Source: Candidatus Rokubacteria bacterium 13_1_40CM_68_15 (lineage in GTDB: Bacteria; Methylomirabilota; Methylomirabilia; Rokubacteriales; CSP1-6). From it: 60,858 bases of DNA. The notes under the pieces were generated by a model. That model was not told where the DNA came from, made no database searches, and saw only the letters and a program-made list of their open reading frames with translations. Positions 20,990 to 31,303 of the stretch are shown here, one piece after another. A program made the translations under genes and the position numbers. The stretch covers positions 1 through 60,858 of the forward strand of contig MNEG01000043.1 in NCBI GenBank assembly GCA_001917585.1, given 5' to 3'. How positions within the stretch are numbered: the first letter of the stretch is position 1; every line of letters starts with the position of its first letter.

Positions 20990-21073
20990 GTTTGGGGGAA
21001 GCGGCACGGGTCCCCCAAGTTAATAAATCGGTTTGGGGGGAAGCGGTACGGGTCCCCCCAAGTTAATAAATCG
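20990..21073. repeat. Tandem pair of 41/43-nt REP-like hairpins
   Basis: GTTTGGGGGAAGCGGCACGGGTCCCCCAAGTTAATAAATCG (20990-21030) repeated at 21031-21073, between convergent genes. Confidence 0.9.
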
Positions 21074-21100
21074 TAGCGCGGTGTCTAACCCCGCGCGTAC

Positions 21101-21718
21101 CTACACGGCGTCTTTTGCGATCACTTCGACCGGGGCGCACGGCGCGTCGGTGTCGAGACCGTCCGGCCAGTACGCGTAGTGCTCCGGCGCCGTCTCCAGG
21201 AGCGGCATGAGCTCCGGCATGATCAGGTCCACGCTGAACGGGCTCGGCCGCCCTGACTGCAACGCTCGCCGCTCCCTCACTCCCGTCAGAAGCGCCGTGA
21301 GCCGTGGCTGCTCGAGCGAGCGAGCACACAGCAGATAGGTGGGCTGATAGAGGCTGACCGCGCGCTCCACCCACTGGCCAAGGGCGGCGATGACCTGAAC
21401 CGCGCAGCCACCGCGAGCGTTGAAGACCACGAGGGCCAGGCCGGAGGCGTCGAGCGGGACGCGACGGAACTCTCGTACGGCGATCAGCGTATGGTCCTCG
21501 CTGGCGTGCAGCGGAGGTGGCGTTCCAGCGAACGGAACCTGGCGTACCTCGTAGACCGCGAAACAGTCAGGATCGTCCACGCTCCTGAACCGCGACCTCG
21601 CGTGAACGAGATCGTCGTCGGCGGGAAGACGGTGCTCGTCCAGCGCTCGATAGAAGCGCAGACCGCGAAGCAAGAATGGACGACTGCGAAGCACGGGGGT
21701 GCGTTGAGCAACTCCCAT
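21101..21718 (-). CDS. Hypothetical protein
   Basis: Only long ORF filling the interval; no family recognised; start uncertain (ATG 21718 or TTG 21787). Confidence 0.5.
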   Translation of the reverse strand: MGVAQRTPVLRSRPFLLRGLRFYRALDEHRLPADDDLVHARSRFRSVDDPDCFAVYEVRQVPFAGTPPPLHASEDHTLIAVREFRRVPLDASGLALVVFNARGGCAVQVIAALGQWVERAVSLYQPTYLLCARSLEQPRLTALLTGVRERRALQSGRPSPFSVDLIMPELMPLLETAPEHYAYWPDGLDTDAPCAPVEVIAKDAV

Positions 21719-21856
21719 GCCGAACTTGGAAGATCGCGAAGCCCGCGAAAACGCGCGTGGTGCAAGCAGTTGGGACGATTTTTTCAACGCGCGGTCTTCG
21801 ACGCTCGGGTGTCACCGGCGTGACAACGGCGCACGGGCCGTGCTAAGGAAAGGACC

Positions 21857-23037
21857 GTGAGCCGTCGCCGCCTCGCCCTAGCGCTTGGTCTGATCCTCCT
21901 CCTCGGCGCGGGCTGGGCAGGCACGGCATGGTACCGAAGTCGGTTCAGCGTCGGTACCGATGACGCGTATATCGAAGGTACGGTCGCGCCCGTGAGCGGC
22001 AAGATTCCAGGTCAGGTGATGGAGGTCATGGTGCGCGACAACGAGGTCGTCCGGGCCGGCCAGGTCGTCGTCCGGCTCGATGCCCGCGACTACCGCGCGA
22101 AGGCCGGGCAGCAGCGGCGTCGGTGCGCGCCGAGGCGGCCCGCCAGTCGGCAGTCAGTATCCTCGAGTCCAGCCGGGCGGCCGCCCACGCTCGGCGCGCG
22201 GCGCTCGCGTCGGCCATCGCCGACCGCGACGGTGTCCACGCGCTCCGCGAACGTACCGCGCTCGACCTCTCGCGCGCCGAGGAGCTCTTCACGCGCGAGC
22301 TGGTGGCGAAGCAGTTCGTCGACAACGCGCGCGCCGACGCCCGCGTGTCCGCGGCCCAATTCGCCGCCGCCGAGCAGCGCGTGGCGCAGGCCCAGCGCGA
22401 TCTCGAATCCGCCGAGGCCGATGCTCGCATGCGGGAGTCCGGCTTCGAGCCCCAGCAGATCGGGCTGCGCACCGCCGAGGCGCGTGTGCTGGAGGCGCGT
22501 GCGCAGGAGCAACAGGCCGGGGCGCTCGTGCAGGAGGTGCGCGTGCGGGAGGCCGAGCGCGACCTGGCCGCGGCTCAGCTCAAGGAGGCCGAGGCCGACC
22601 TTTCCATGGCCGTCCTCAACGTCGAGTACACGGAGATCCGCGCGCCCATCGCCGGGGTCGTCACGCGAAAGAACGTCGAGCCGGGGCAGGTCGCCCAGCC
22701 AGGGCAGGCGCTGCTGGCCATCGTTTCCCTGGACGACGTGTGGGTCATCGCCAACCTCAAGGAGACCCAGCTTCGCAGCATCCGCCCCGGCATGCGGGCC
22801 GAAGTGGTCGTCGATACGTTTTCCGACCGCACGTGGAAGGGCACCGTCGATTCCATCGCCGCCGGCACGGGCTCACGCTTCTCGCTGCTGCCTCCCGAGA
22901 ACGCGACCGGTAACTGGGTGAAGATCGTTCAGCGCGTTCCGGTGAAGATCGTCCTCGATCCCGGCCAGACCTTGAACCCGCACACGCTGCGGGCCGGGAT
23001 GTCCGCCATCGTCACCATCCATCTCCGCTCGCGGTGA
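21857..23037 (+). pseudogene. HlyD/EmrA-family membrane fusion protein, frameshifted near 22105
   Basis: N-part TM + TDDAYIEG..PVSGKIPG..VRDNE..GQVVVRLDARDY; C-part in another frame YTEIRAPIAG...GSRFSLLPPENATGNWVKIVQRVPVKI. Confidence 0.8.
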
Positions 23038-23176
23038 CGGCGAGCGTGACGCTCGGTGGTCGTCAGTCGGCGCCCGCCGTGTAAGAAATACCGTAGCTCG
23101 GTAATCTTTTCTACAGCCTGGGAAATTCGCTTCAGGCGATCGCGTCGCTCGCGCGCAATGCTACGATGCAGCCGTC

Positions 23177-24715
23177 GTGGGCGTCGCCGAGCTCGTCTAT
23201 CGCGTCGCGAACGTCGCCCTGAGCGTTTCCGCGCTCATCGTCGGCGCGCTGATCGTCATCGAGATCAGCCGGCGGCCGACGGCGCGCCGCGAGCCGCTCG
23301 GCATGGCGATTGCGCTGGTGTTCGTCGCGATCGGTGGGCGGGCGGCCGTGCGGGCGGTGCTGGAGCCAGTGTCGGCCGTGCCGCCGGGCTCGTTCGCCAC
23401 CATCGTCGCCGTGGACCTGCTGGCGGCCGGCGCGGCGGTCGCGTTCCTCGCGCTGCACCGGCGCTACGCGGTGTTCATCGAGAGCGCCGACATGGTGCGC
23501 GAGTATGAGACGGAGTATGCCGCCAAGGAACGGGAGGCGCGTGCCCTCGCCCAGGTCAACGAGGAGCTGCGGCGACTCGATGAGCTCAAGAGCGAGTTCC
23601 TGGCCATGGTGAGCCATGAGCTGCGGACGCCGCTGACGGCGATCGTCGGTTACAGCCGGCTCCTGATCCGTCAGGTGCACGGGCCGCTCACGCCCAAGCA
23701 GCTCGAGCACCAGGAGGCGATCTTTCGCAGTGCGCAGCGGCTGACCGAGCTGATCAACGACCTGCTCGACGTCTCGCGCCTGGAAGCCGCGCGCGTCGAG
23801 CTCGATCCGCGCCCGATCGATGTGCGGGAGGCGGTCGACCACGTGGTGGCCGCCGTGCGGGTCGCTTCCCAGGCCAAGCAGATTCGCATCGCCAATGCCG
23901 TCGGCTCCGACGTGCCGGCGGTGCACGCCGACGCCACGCGGCTCCACCAGGTCCTCGTCAACCTCATCGGAAACGCGGTGAAGTTCACGCCGGCCGGCGG
24001 CGCCGTGACCGTGCGCGCGGTCGGCCAGGGCGATCAGGTGTGGATCGCCGTCGAGGACACTGGCCTCGGCATCGCCAAGGACGAGCTGGCGCGTATCTGG
24101 GATCCGTTCTATCAGGTCGAATCGCCGATGCGGCGGCGACACGGCGGATCCGGTCTCGGCCTCGCGATCGTCCGGCGTCTGGTGGAGCTCCACGGCGGCG
24201 TCGTGCGGGCCGAGAGCGATGGGGAGAACAGAGGCAGCCGGTTCAGCTTCAGCCTCCCCGTTTCGACGGTGGCGCCGCGGGCGGTCATCGCGTCGGTCGA
24301 GGAGACGCGCATCGATCCCGTGCTGGCGGGCCGCGACGTGCTCATCGTCGAGGACGACCCGGCCAACCAGGACCTGATGCGGGCCGTCGTCGAGGATCTG
24401 CTGGGCGGCCGCGCGACGGTCTCGGCCGACGGCGAAGCGGCCGTGCAGCACGCGCTCGAGCATCCGCCGGCCGTCATCCTGCTCGACCTCATGCTGCCCG
24501 GACTGTCGGGCTGGGAGGTGGCCCGCCGGCTGCGGCAGCATCCCGACACGCGGAACATCCCGATCATCGCGGTGTCGGCGCTGGCCCGTCCGCAGGAGCG
24601 CGAGTCGGCGTTCCACGCCGGCTGCGAGGCCTACGTGGCCAAGCCCTACACGCCCGACGATCTTGCCCGTGTCGTCGCGGCCACGCTGGCCGACGCGGGA
24701 GTGATGTCGCGATGA
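23177..24715 (+). CDS. Membrane hybrid sensor histidine kinase (TM-HisKA-HATPase-REC)
   Basis: FLAMVSHELRTPL, NLIGNAVKFT, DTGLGI, GSGLGLAI, C-terminal receiver VEDD..LLDLMLP..AKP. Confidence 0.93.
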   Translation: MGVAELVYRVANVALSVSALIVGALIVIEISRRPTARREPLGMAIALVFVAIGGRAAVRAVLEPVSAVPPGSFATIVAVDLLAAGAAVAFLALHRRYAVFIESADMVREYETEYAAKEREARALAQVNEELRRLDELKSEFLAMVSHELRTPLTAIVGYSRLLIRQVHGPLTPKQLEHQEAIFRSAQRLTELINDLLDVSRLEAARVELDPRPIDVREAVDHVVAAVRVASQAKQIRIANAVGSDVPAVHADATRLHQVLVNLIGNAVKFTPAGGAVTVRAVGQGDQVWIAVEDTGLGIAKDELARIWDPFYQVESPMRRRHGGSGLGLAIVRRLVELHGGVVRAESDGENRGSRFSFSLPVSTVAPRAVIASVEETRIDPVLAGRDVLIVEDDPANQDLMRAVVEDLLGGRATVSADGEAAVQHALEHPPAVILLDLMLPGLSGWEVARRLRQHPDTRNIPIIAVSALARPQERESAFHAGCEAYVAKPYTPDDLARVVAATLADAGVMSR

Positions 24716-27063
24716 CCGACGAGATCGCGCGGGTTCTCGTCGTCGAGGACAATCGCGATACGTCCGCGCTGCTGCGCGACCTGCTCGAGGCCGAGGGCTA
24801 CCAGGTCGAGTCGGTGGGAACGGGCGAAGCCGCGCTGGAGGCGCTCGAGGTCAACCCGGAGACGGACCTCCTGGTCCTCGACCTCATGCTGCCTGGCATG
24901 AGCGGCTACGAGGTCATCGAGAAGCTGCGCGCCGAGGCCAACCAGAGCCGCGTGCCCATTCTCGTGCTGAGCGCGCTCAGCAGCCCCTCCGCTCGCGTGC
25001 GCGGTCTGCGCGACGGGGCCGACGACTACATGACGAAGCCGTTCCTGCCCGAGGAGCTGGTGGCGCGCGCGCGGACGCTCATCACCAGCCGTCTGCTCGA
25101 GCGGCGTACGCGGGAGATCCAGGCCCTCGCCCAGATCGCGCAGGCCAGTCTCACCGCCGCCGATGGCGACGTGCTGTTGCAGCGGATGGACGAGATCGTC
25201 CTCGACGTCTTCGCCGCCGACGGCGCTGCCATCCTCCTGGCCGACGAGTCGAAGGGCGAGCTGCGGGCCCGCGCCGCGCTCGGCTTCGGCGACGATCTGG
25301 CCGGCCTCGGCGTGCGCCTCGGCGAGGGCGTGGCGGGCCTGGCCCTGAGCACGCGCTCACCCGTCATCGTCGACGACGGCGCCGCCACTGATCACCGCGT
25401 CAAGAGCCGCACGCTACGGTCGGGAAAGTTCCGTTCGGTGATGGCGGCGCCCCTGATCGTCGGCGGCGTCGGGATCGGAGTGCTGGAGGTCGCCCGGCGC
25501 TCGCGGCGGATCGACAATCGTGCCTACCGGTTCCTCAACATCGTCGCCGACCGTGTCGCCGTCGCGATCGAGCATTCGCGGCTGGAGGGTGAGGCACGCG
25601 AGCTGGCCGACGTGGTGCGCCGGATCGGTGAGGGCGTCGTCGTGATCGACACCGACGACCGCGTGCTCTTCGCGAACCGCGCGTTCCTGTCCATGGTGGG
25701 CGCCGCCGGCGAGGACCTCACCGGCCAGCGCTGGACGGACTTCCTCTCCTCGGCCCAGGACACCGGCGCGCTGGTCATGCAGATGCGCCAGCAGGCCGTC
25801 TACCACGGCGAGCTGCTGCTGATCACGCGAAACGGCGACCCGCGGCCGGTGCACCTCTCGCTGTCCGCGGTCGAGCGCCGGAAGGGCGGGCTCCAGCGCA
25901 TCGGCATCTTCCGCGACATCAGTCCCGAGCACGAGCTCCGCTTCCGCGTGATCCGCGAGCAGAAGTTCCGGACGCTCGGATCGCTGGCGGCCGGCGTGGC
26001 GCACAACATCAACAACCGGCTCACGCCGGTGCTCGGCTGGACGGAGATGCTGCTCGAGCGCCTGGCTGCGGGGGAGACGATCGACTCCGAGGAGCTCACC
26101 CACGCGCTGAAGGTCATCAGCCAGGGCGCCGCCGACAGCGTGGGGACGGTGCGCCGGCTCCAGGAGTACTCGCGACCGGCGCGCGTGCGTGGTCCGGAGG
26201 CGGTGCAGCTGCGCGAGGTCGTGGAGCAGCTCCTGGCCCTGACCCGCCCGCAGTGGGACAACGACGCGGCTCGCCGTGGCGTGCGCTACGAGATCGACCT
26301 CCGCATTGAGCCGGCCCCGGCCATTCTCGCCGTGGCCAGTGAGATCCGGGAGGCGCTGCTGAACATTCTCGAGAACGCGCTGGCCGCGATGCCCGACGGC
26401 GGGCGGCTCACCATCCAGATCGGCACCGAAGCGGATCGGGCGCACATCGCCATCACCGACACCGGGCGGGGGATGAGCGCCGAAGTCCAGCGGCTGGCCT
26501 TCGAGCCGTTCTTCACCACTCGCGGCGGAGAGGGCGGCACCGGTCTCGGTCTGTCGCTCGCCCAGGAGATCGTGCAGCGCTACGGCGGGACGATCACGCT
26601 CCAGAGCCGCGAGGGCGTCGGGACGACGTTCACGCTGTCGTTCCCGCCGGTCACGGGCGAGCTGAGCCGTGCCCCGCTGTTCGTGCCCGTCGTGGAGGCC
26701 TTGCGCATCCTCGCCGTCGAGGACGAGCCCGAAGTGCTCGACCTCGTGCGGGCGATGCTGACCCACGCCGGCCACGCGGTGCTGACGGCCGCGTCCGGCC
26801 GGGAGGCATTGGCGATCTTCAACCGCGAGTCGGTCGACCTCGTCATCACGGACCTCGGCATGCCCGGCATGACCGGACTCGGGCTCGCCGCCGAGCTCCG
26901 GCGCATCCGTCGCGTCCCCATCGTGCTGCTCACGGGCTGGGCCCAGGAGCTCGATCCGGCAGCCGCCGAGGACGTCGACGCGATCCTCGCCAAGCCGTTT
27001 TCGCGGGAGAAACTCTTCGAAGCGATCGCCCGCGCCGTTCCCGACCGCGTCAAGTCGTCATAA
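24712..27063 (+). CDS. Cytoplasmic hybrid kinase (REC-GAF-PAS-HisKA-HATPase-REC)
   Basis: VLVVEDN..LDLMLPG..GADDYMTKPF; GAF; PAS (FANRAF); AGVAHNINN; DTGRGM; GTGLGL; terminal REC. Confidence 0.92.
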   Translation: MTDEIARVLVVEDNRDTSALLRDLLEAEGYQVESVGTGEAALEALEVNPETDLLVLDLMLPGMSGYEVIEKLRAEANQSRVPILVLSALSSPSARVRGLRDGADDYMTKPFLPEELVARARTLITSRLLERRTREIQALAQIAQASLTAADGDVLLQRMDEIVLDVFAADGAAILLADESKGELRARAALGFGDDLAGLGVRLGEGVAGLALSTRSPVIVDDGAATDHRVKSRTLRSGKFRSVMAAPLIVGGVGIGVLEVARRSRRIDNRAYRFLNIVADRVAVAIEHSRLEGEARELADVVRRIGEGVVVIDTDDRVLFANRAFLSMVGAAGEDLTGQRWTDFLSSAQDTGALVMQMRQQAVYHGELLLITRNGDPRPVHLSLSAVERRKGGLQRIGIFRDISPEHELRFRVIREQKFRTLGSLAAGVAHNINNRLTPVLGWTEMLLERLAAGETIDSEELTHALKVISQGAADSVGTVRRLQEYSRPARVRGPEAVQLREVVEQLLALTRPQWDNDAARRGVRYEIDLRIEPAPAILAVASEIREALLNILENALAAMPDGGRLTIQIGTEADRAHIAITDTGRGMSAEVQRLAFEPFFTTRGGEGGTGLGLSLAQEIVQRYGGTITLQSREGVGTTFTLSFPPVTGELSRAPLFVPVVEALRILAVEDEPEVLDLVRAMLTHAGHAVLTAASGREALAIFNRESVDLVITDLGMPGMTGLGLAAELRRIRRVPIVLLTGWAQELDPAAAEDVDAILAKPFSREKLFEAIARAVPDRVKSS

Positions 27064-27104
27064 CCGGGCACGGGCACCCCGAGTCGTTCCTTCATCCCCC
27101 GCTG

Positions 27105-27992
27105 TCAGGGCAACCGGCTCGCCCACCAGAGCACGGCCGCGCCGACGATGATGCGGTAGACCGCGAACACCGTGAACCCGTGCCGGCGAACCCAGCCGAG
27201 AAACCAGCCCACCACGCCGTAGGCGACGACGAATGACACCACGAATCCGATGGCCAGCACGATGACGGAGTGCGCGTCGTGGGGCATCGCACCGATCGCG
27301 CTCGGCTCGCCCGCGCGCGGCCGCAGCGACTTCGCCAGGTCGTAGAGGGTGGCGGCCGCCATCGTCGGGATCGACAGGAAGAACGAGAACTCGAGGGCCG
27401 CCGAGCGCGTCATGCCGGCGAGCTCACCGGCCGTGATGGTCGCCATCGAGCGTGAGGTGCCGGGGAAGACGGCCGAGAGGATCTGGCAGGCGCCGATCCA
27501 GACCGCCTGGCCAACCGACATCTCCTCCATGTTCTCGGTGAGCCAGCCGCGGGCGAAGGCCTGGCCCTTCGATCGGTCGTAGATCGCGTCGACCGCCCAC
27601 ATCACGATGCCGCCGACGATGAGCGATACCGCCATGACGTGCAGGCTCTCGAGATGCTTGCCGATGATCCTGGTCAGCAGGAAGGCCGGAATCGCCGTGG
27701 TGAGAAACGCGATCACCGTCAGCGTGAGCGGATGATTGGCGACCGTTCGGTCGCCACGGGAGCCGTGGGGGAACCAGCGGACGAGCTTGACGAGCCGGCT
27801 CCAGAAGTAGATCGGCAGGCAGAGGATCGCGCCCAGCTGGATGACGATCGAGAACGTCTTCCAGTAGGCGTCGGTCAGGTCGATGCCGAGCACGGCCTCG
27901 CTGATGCGCAGGTGCGCCGTCGAGCTGACGGGCAGGAACTCGGTCAACCCTTCTATCACGCCCAACACGACGGCCAGCACGTAGTCGTTCAT
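27105..27992 (-). CDS. uppP: Undecaprenyl-diphosphate phosphatase
   Basis: GVIEGLTEFLPVSSTAHL, IQLGAIL, PGTSRS, EFSFFLSIP, FAVYRI. Confidence 0.95.
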   Translation of the reverse strand: MNDYVLAVVLGVIEGLTEFLPVSSTAHLRISEAVLGIDLTDAYWKTFSIVIQLGAILCLPIYFWSRLVKLVRWFPHGSRGDRTVANHPLTLTVIAFLTTAIPAFLLTRIIGKHLESLHVMAVSLIVGGIVMWAVDAIYDRSKGQAFARGWLTENMEEMSVGQAVWIGACQILSAVFPGTSRSMATITAGELAGMTRSAALEFSFFLSIPTMAAATLYDLAKSLRPRAGEPSAIGAMPHDAHSVIVLAIGFVVSFVVAYGVVGWFLGWVRRHGFTVFAVYRIIVGAAVLWWASRLP

Positions 27993-27996
27993 GAGC

Positions 27997-28809
27997 TCAT
28001 CCGACGATGTCCTCGCCCCCGTCGACGCCGATGACGTTGCCCGTGATCCACGCCGTGTCGGGATGGGCGAGGACGACGAGCGCCCGGGCGACGTCATCGG
28101 GCGTGGTCAGACGTCCGCTGGGATTGCGGCGGCGGGCCTGGTCGACCAGCACCTCGTAGCCGGGAATCTTCTGCGCGGCCGGGGTCGGCGTCACGCCGGC
28201 CCGGATAGCATTGACGGTGATGCCGCGCGGTGCCAGCTCCATGGCGAGCTGGCGTACATGGGACTCGACCGCGGCCTTGGCCGCGGACACCGGCCCGTAC
28301 GCCGGCAGCACGCGACGGCCGCCCGACGACGTCAGGGCGAAGATGCGGCCTCCCTCGGTCATGAGCCCGCGCGCCACCAGCTCTTGAGTCCAGTACACGA
28401 GCGTGTGAGCCATCACGTCGACCGTCATGTCCATCTGCGCGGGGCTCACCGCTTCCTTGACGGGATCGGCGATGAAGGGTCGGAGCGTGCCGAAGGCCAA
28501 CGAGTGGAGCAGCACGGTGAGTCGGCCGACGCCCCCGCGCGCCTGCATCGCGCGCGTCATGTCCTCCACGACTTCGGCGCGACGCTCGGCGTCGGCGGCG
28601 TTGACGTTGAAGAAGCGGGCCTGGCGGCCGAGCGCTTCGATCGCGGCCACGATGCGCTCGACGTTGGCGAGCGTCGCCTTGCGGTCGAGATGGACGCCGA
28701 AGACGTCGACGCCGGCCCGCGCCAGCGCGATGCTCGCCGCTTCGCCGAAGCCCGACGACGCGCCGAGCACGAGCGCCCAGCCGTCGAGCCGCACGGGAGC
28801 CGATTGCAT
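27997..28809 (-). CDS. SDR oxidoreductase (FabL-like enoyl-ACP reductase)
   Basis: LVLGASSGFG, HSLAFG, YGPVSAAKAA, VNAIRAGVTPTPA, GNVIGVDGG. Confidence 0.85.
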   Translation of the reverse strand: MQSAPVRLDGWALVLGASSGFGEAASIALARAGVDVFGVHLDRKATLANVERIVAAIEALGRQARFFNVNAADAERRAEVVEDMTRAMQARGGVGRLTVLLHSLAFGTLRPFIADPVKEAVSPAQMDMTVDVMAHTLVYWTQELVARGLMTEGGRIFALTSSGGRRVLPAYGPVSAAKAAVESHVRQLAMELAPRGITVNAIRAGVTPTPAAQKIPGYEVLVDQARRRNPSGRLTTPDDVARALVVLAHPDTAWITGNVIGVDGGEDIVG

Positions 28810-28851
28810 GGACTCGCGCATTCTACCATCGTGTAGAATCGCCACCAGGTT

Positions 28852-29580
28852 ATGCCGAAGACCGCCGGCATCATCCTGGTCGGAAACGAGATCCTGTCGG
28901 GCAAGATCGAGGACGCCAACGCGATCTACCTCTGCCGCGAGCTCCGGCGCCTCGGCATGGACGTACGGAAGATCGCGATCATCCCCGACGACGTCGACGT
29001 GATCGCGGCCGAGGTGGCGGCGGCCCACCGCGCGTGGGACGTGGTCTTCACCTCGGGTGGCGTCGGCCCCACGCACGACGACGTCACCATCGAGGGCGTC
29101 GCGCGCGCGCTCGGCGTGGCGGTCGTTCGCCATCCCCAGCTGGCCGGGCTGCTCCGGCAGTACTACGGAGAGCGTCTCAACGAGGCGCATCTCAAGATGG
29201 CCGAGGTGCCGGAAGGCGCCGAGCTGGTGGGTGCCGAGTCGCTGCGCTTTCCCACCATCGTGATGCGGAACGTCTACATCCTGCCCGGCGTGCCCGAGAT
29301 CTTCCGCCAGAAGTTCGACGCGATCCGTGAGCGATTTCGCGACGAGCCCATCCATCTCAAGAACGTCTTCGTCCGCATCGGCGAGGGGACGCTGGCCGCC
29401 CACCTCAACGAGGTGCTCCGCCACTACCCCGCGCTGCTGCTCGGCTCTTATCCCGAGTTTTCCAATCCTGAGTACCGTGTGAAGGTCACGCTCGAGTCGC
29501 GCGACCCGAGCTACCTGGAGGCGGCGCTGGCCATGTTCGTCAAGGGGCTGCCCGTCGACGCCGTCGTCAAGATCACCTAG
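28852..29580 (+). CDS. Molybdopterin-binding / CinA N-terminal-like protein
   Basis: VGNEILSGKIEDAN, TSGGVGPTHDDVT, LPGVP. Confidence 0.88.
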   Translation: MPKTAGIILVGNEILSGKIEDANAIYLCRELRRLGMDVRKIAIIPDDVDVIAAEVAAAHRAWDVVFTSGGVGPTHDDVTIEGVARALGVAVVRHPQLAGLLRQYYGERLNEAHLKMAEVPEGAELVGAESLRFPTIVMRNVYILPGVPEIFRQKFDAIRERFRDEPIHLKNVFVRIGEGTLAAHLNEVLRHYPALLLGSYPEFSNPEYRVKVTLESRDPSYLEAALAMFVKGLPVDAVVKIT

Positions 29581-29586
29581 CGTCGG

Positions 29587-31296
29587 GTGCGCCTGATTCC
29601 GCTCGGTGTCTCCGTCATCGTAGCGGCGCTCGTGTTCGTGGGCCTCGGCGACGCGCCCTTCCTCGATCCGCCGGAGGGATTCCACGCCGTCGTCGCGCGC
29701 ACGATGAGCGAGCGCGGCGACTTCGTCACCCCTCGCTTCGATGACGTGCGGTACTTCGACACGCCGCCGCTGCTCTACTGGCTGTTGTCCACGGCCTTCG
29801 CGGTCGCCGGTCCCACGCCGGCCGCCGCCCGCTTCTGGTCAGCGGTGGGCGGCGTCGCGTGCGCTGCGGTGACCGCGGAGATCGGCCTGCTGATCGGCGG
29901 CGCTCGCGTCGGATTCCTGGCCGGGCTGATGGTGGCGGCCAACCTCGGCATCTTCCTCCACTCCCGCCTGGTCGAGCCCGATGCCCTCTTCATCTTCTTC
30001 ATCACACTGGCCTACGCGGGATTCGCCGCCGCCTATCTGGGCCGCGGTGGGCGGCGCGGCCTCGTCGTGTTCTACGCCAGCCTCGCGCTGGCCGCCATCA
30101 CCAAGGACGCGGTGCTGGCGGTCGGAGCGCTCGTCGCCGCCGGAGTGTTTCTCGTCGTCACGCGGGAGCGCCCGCTGCAACCATGGGCGCCGTGGTGGGG
30201 GATCGCGCTCTTCGCCGCGCTTCCCGTCGCCTGGTATCTCGCGGTCGAGACGCGCAACCACGGGTTCCTCTGGTACACGGTCGTCGACAACCACGTCCTC
30301 AGGCTCGTGCAGGACCGGCACTTCCCCGACGACCACGTGCCGCTGCGGACGCTCGACTTCCTCGGAGCAACCGTGGGTGCCTTCCTGCCGTGGTCCCTGG
30401 CCGCGCCGTGGGCGATCGCGCGGGCGTTCCGCCGCCCGTGGCGGACCGCGACGGACCGTCTGTGGGTCCTCTTCGCGGTGTGGGCGCTGCTCCTGGTGAG
30501 CTTCTTCATCGTGTTGCCCTTCAAGCTCGCGCATGATGCATTGGCGGCGTTCCCGGCGCTCGCGCTTCTCGTCGCCCGGCTGTGGGACGATACGCTGGTC
30601 GGCGAACCGCACGCGCTCCGGGCGCGAACGCTCATGGTGCCGATCCTGGTGGTGCTCGGCGCCGCCGGCGTTCTCGCCACGCTGGTCTGGCGGGGCGTCG
30701 TCGACGCGCGGGCGCTGCCGCTCCGGTGGTTGGACGTGGCCACGCGCAACCTCGGTGCGCGGGGGCAGGAGTTGCCGCATGAGTCGCTGTTGCTCGGACC
30801 GGTGCTGCTCTCCTCGACCGTGATTTTCGGCGTTGCCGTCGTCGCGCTGGCCGTCGCGGTGTGGCGCGGATGGACCGAGCTCGGCATCACCGTGGGGCTG
30901 GGGGCGATGCTGGCGTTCCTGCCGGTGGCCGGCAAGGCCATGGCAGACTACGCGCTTGCGCGGTCGACGACACCGATCGTCGAAGCGCTCCGCCTTCGGC
31001 TGCAAGGACCCGCTCTGATCGCGCACGAGGGCGCGATCGAGCAGAGCGCCTCGATCGTCCTCGCCCTCGACCGGCCCGTCAAGATCGTCAACGGGCGGCC
31101 GTCGACGCTGGCCTTCGGCGCCACCTTCGACGAGGCGCGCGATATTTTCTGGGATGGCGCGCGGCTCCGCGCCGCCTGGGCCGCGCCCGGGCGCCACTTC
31201 CTCATCTCGATCGTGCCGGCCGAGCGCAGCGTCGTGACGACCCTCCCCTCGGGGAGCGTGCATCTCCTGATCGCGACCGGCGGTCGCCGGCTCTAG
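29587..31296 (+). CDS. ArnT/PMT-like GT-C membrane glycosyltransferase
   Basis: DPPEG..VARTM..GDFVTP..YFDTPPLLYW, ARFWSA, TK motif; multi-TM. Confidence 0.82.
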   Translation: MRLIPLGVSVIVAALVFVGLGDAPFLDPPEGFHAVVARTMSERGDFVTPRFDDVRYFDTPPLLYWLLSTAFAVAGPTPAAARFWSAVGGVACAAVTAEIGLLIGGARVGFLAGLMVAANLGIFLHSRLVEPDALFIFFITLAYAGFAAAYLGRGGRRGLVVFYASLALAAITKDAVLAVGALVAAGVFLVVTRERPLQPWAPWWGIALFAALPVAWYLAVETRNHGFLWYTVVDNHVLRLVQDRHFPDDHVPLRTLDFLGATVGAFLPWSLAAPWAIARAFRRPWRTATDRLWVLFAVWALLLVSFFIVLPFKLAHDALAAFPALALLVARLWDDTLVGEPHALRARTLMVPILVVLGAAGVLATLVWRGVVDARALPLRWLDVATRNLGARGQELPHESLLLGPVLLSSTVIFGVAVVALAVAVWRGWTELGITVGLGAMLAFLPVAGKAMADYALARSTTPIVEALRLRLQGPALIAHEGAIEQSASIVLALDRPVKIVNGRPSTLAFGATFDEARDIFWDGARLRAAWAAPGRHFLISIVPAERSVVTTLPSGSVHLLIATGGRRL

Positions 31297-31303
31297 TCGA
31301 ACC

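Noticed and set aside
20990-21073. Mini-CRISPR
   Set aside because: Two abutting copies with no spacer.
31294-31296. Pyrrolysine read-through at TAG
   Set aside because: It would add only 6 residues, is not at a catalytic site, and no pyl genes are seen.
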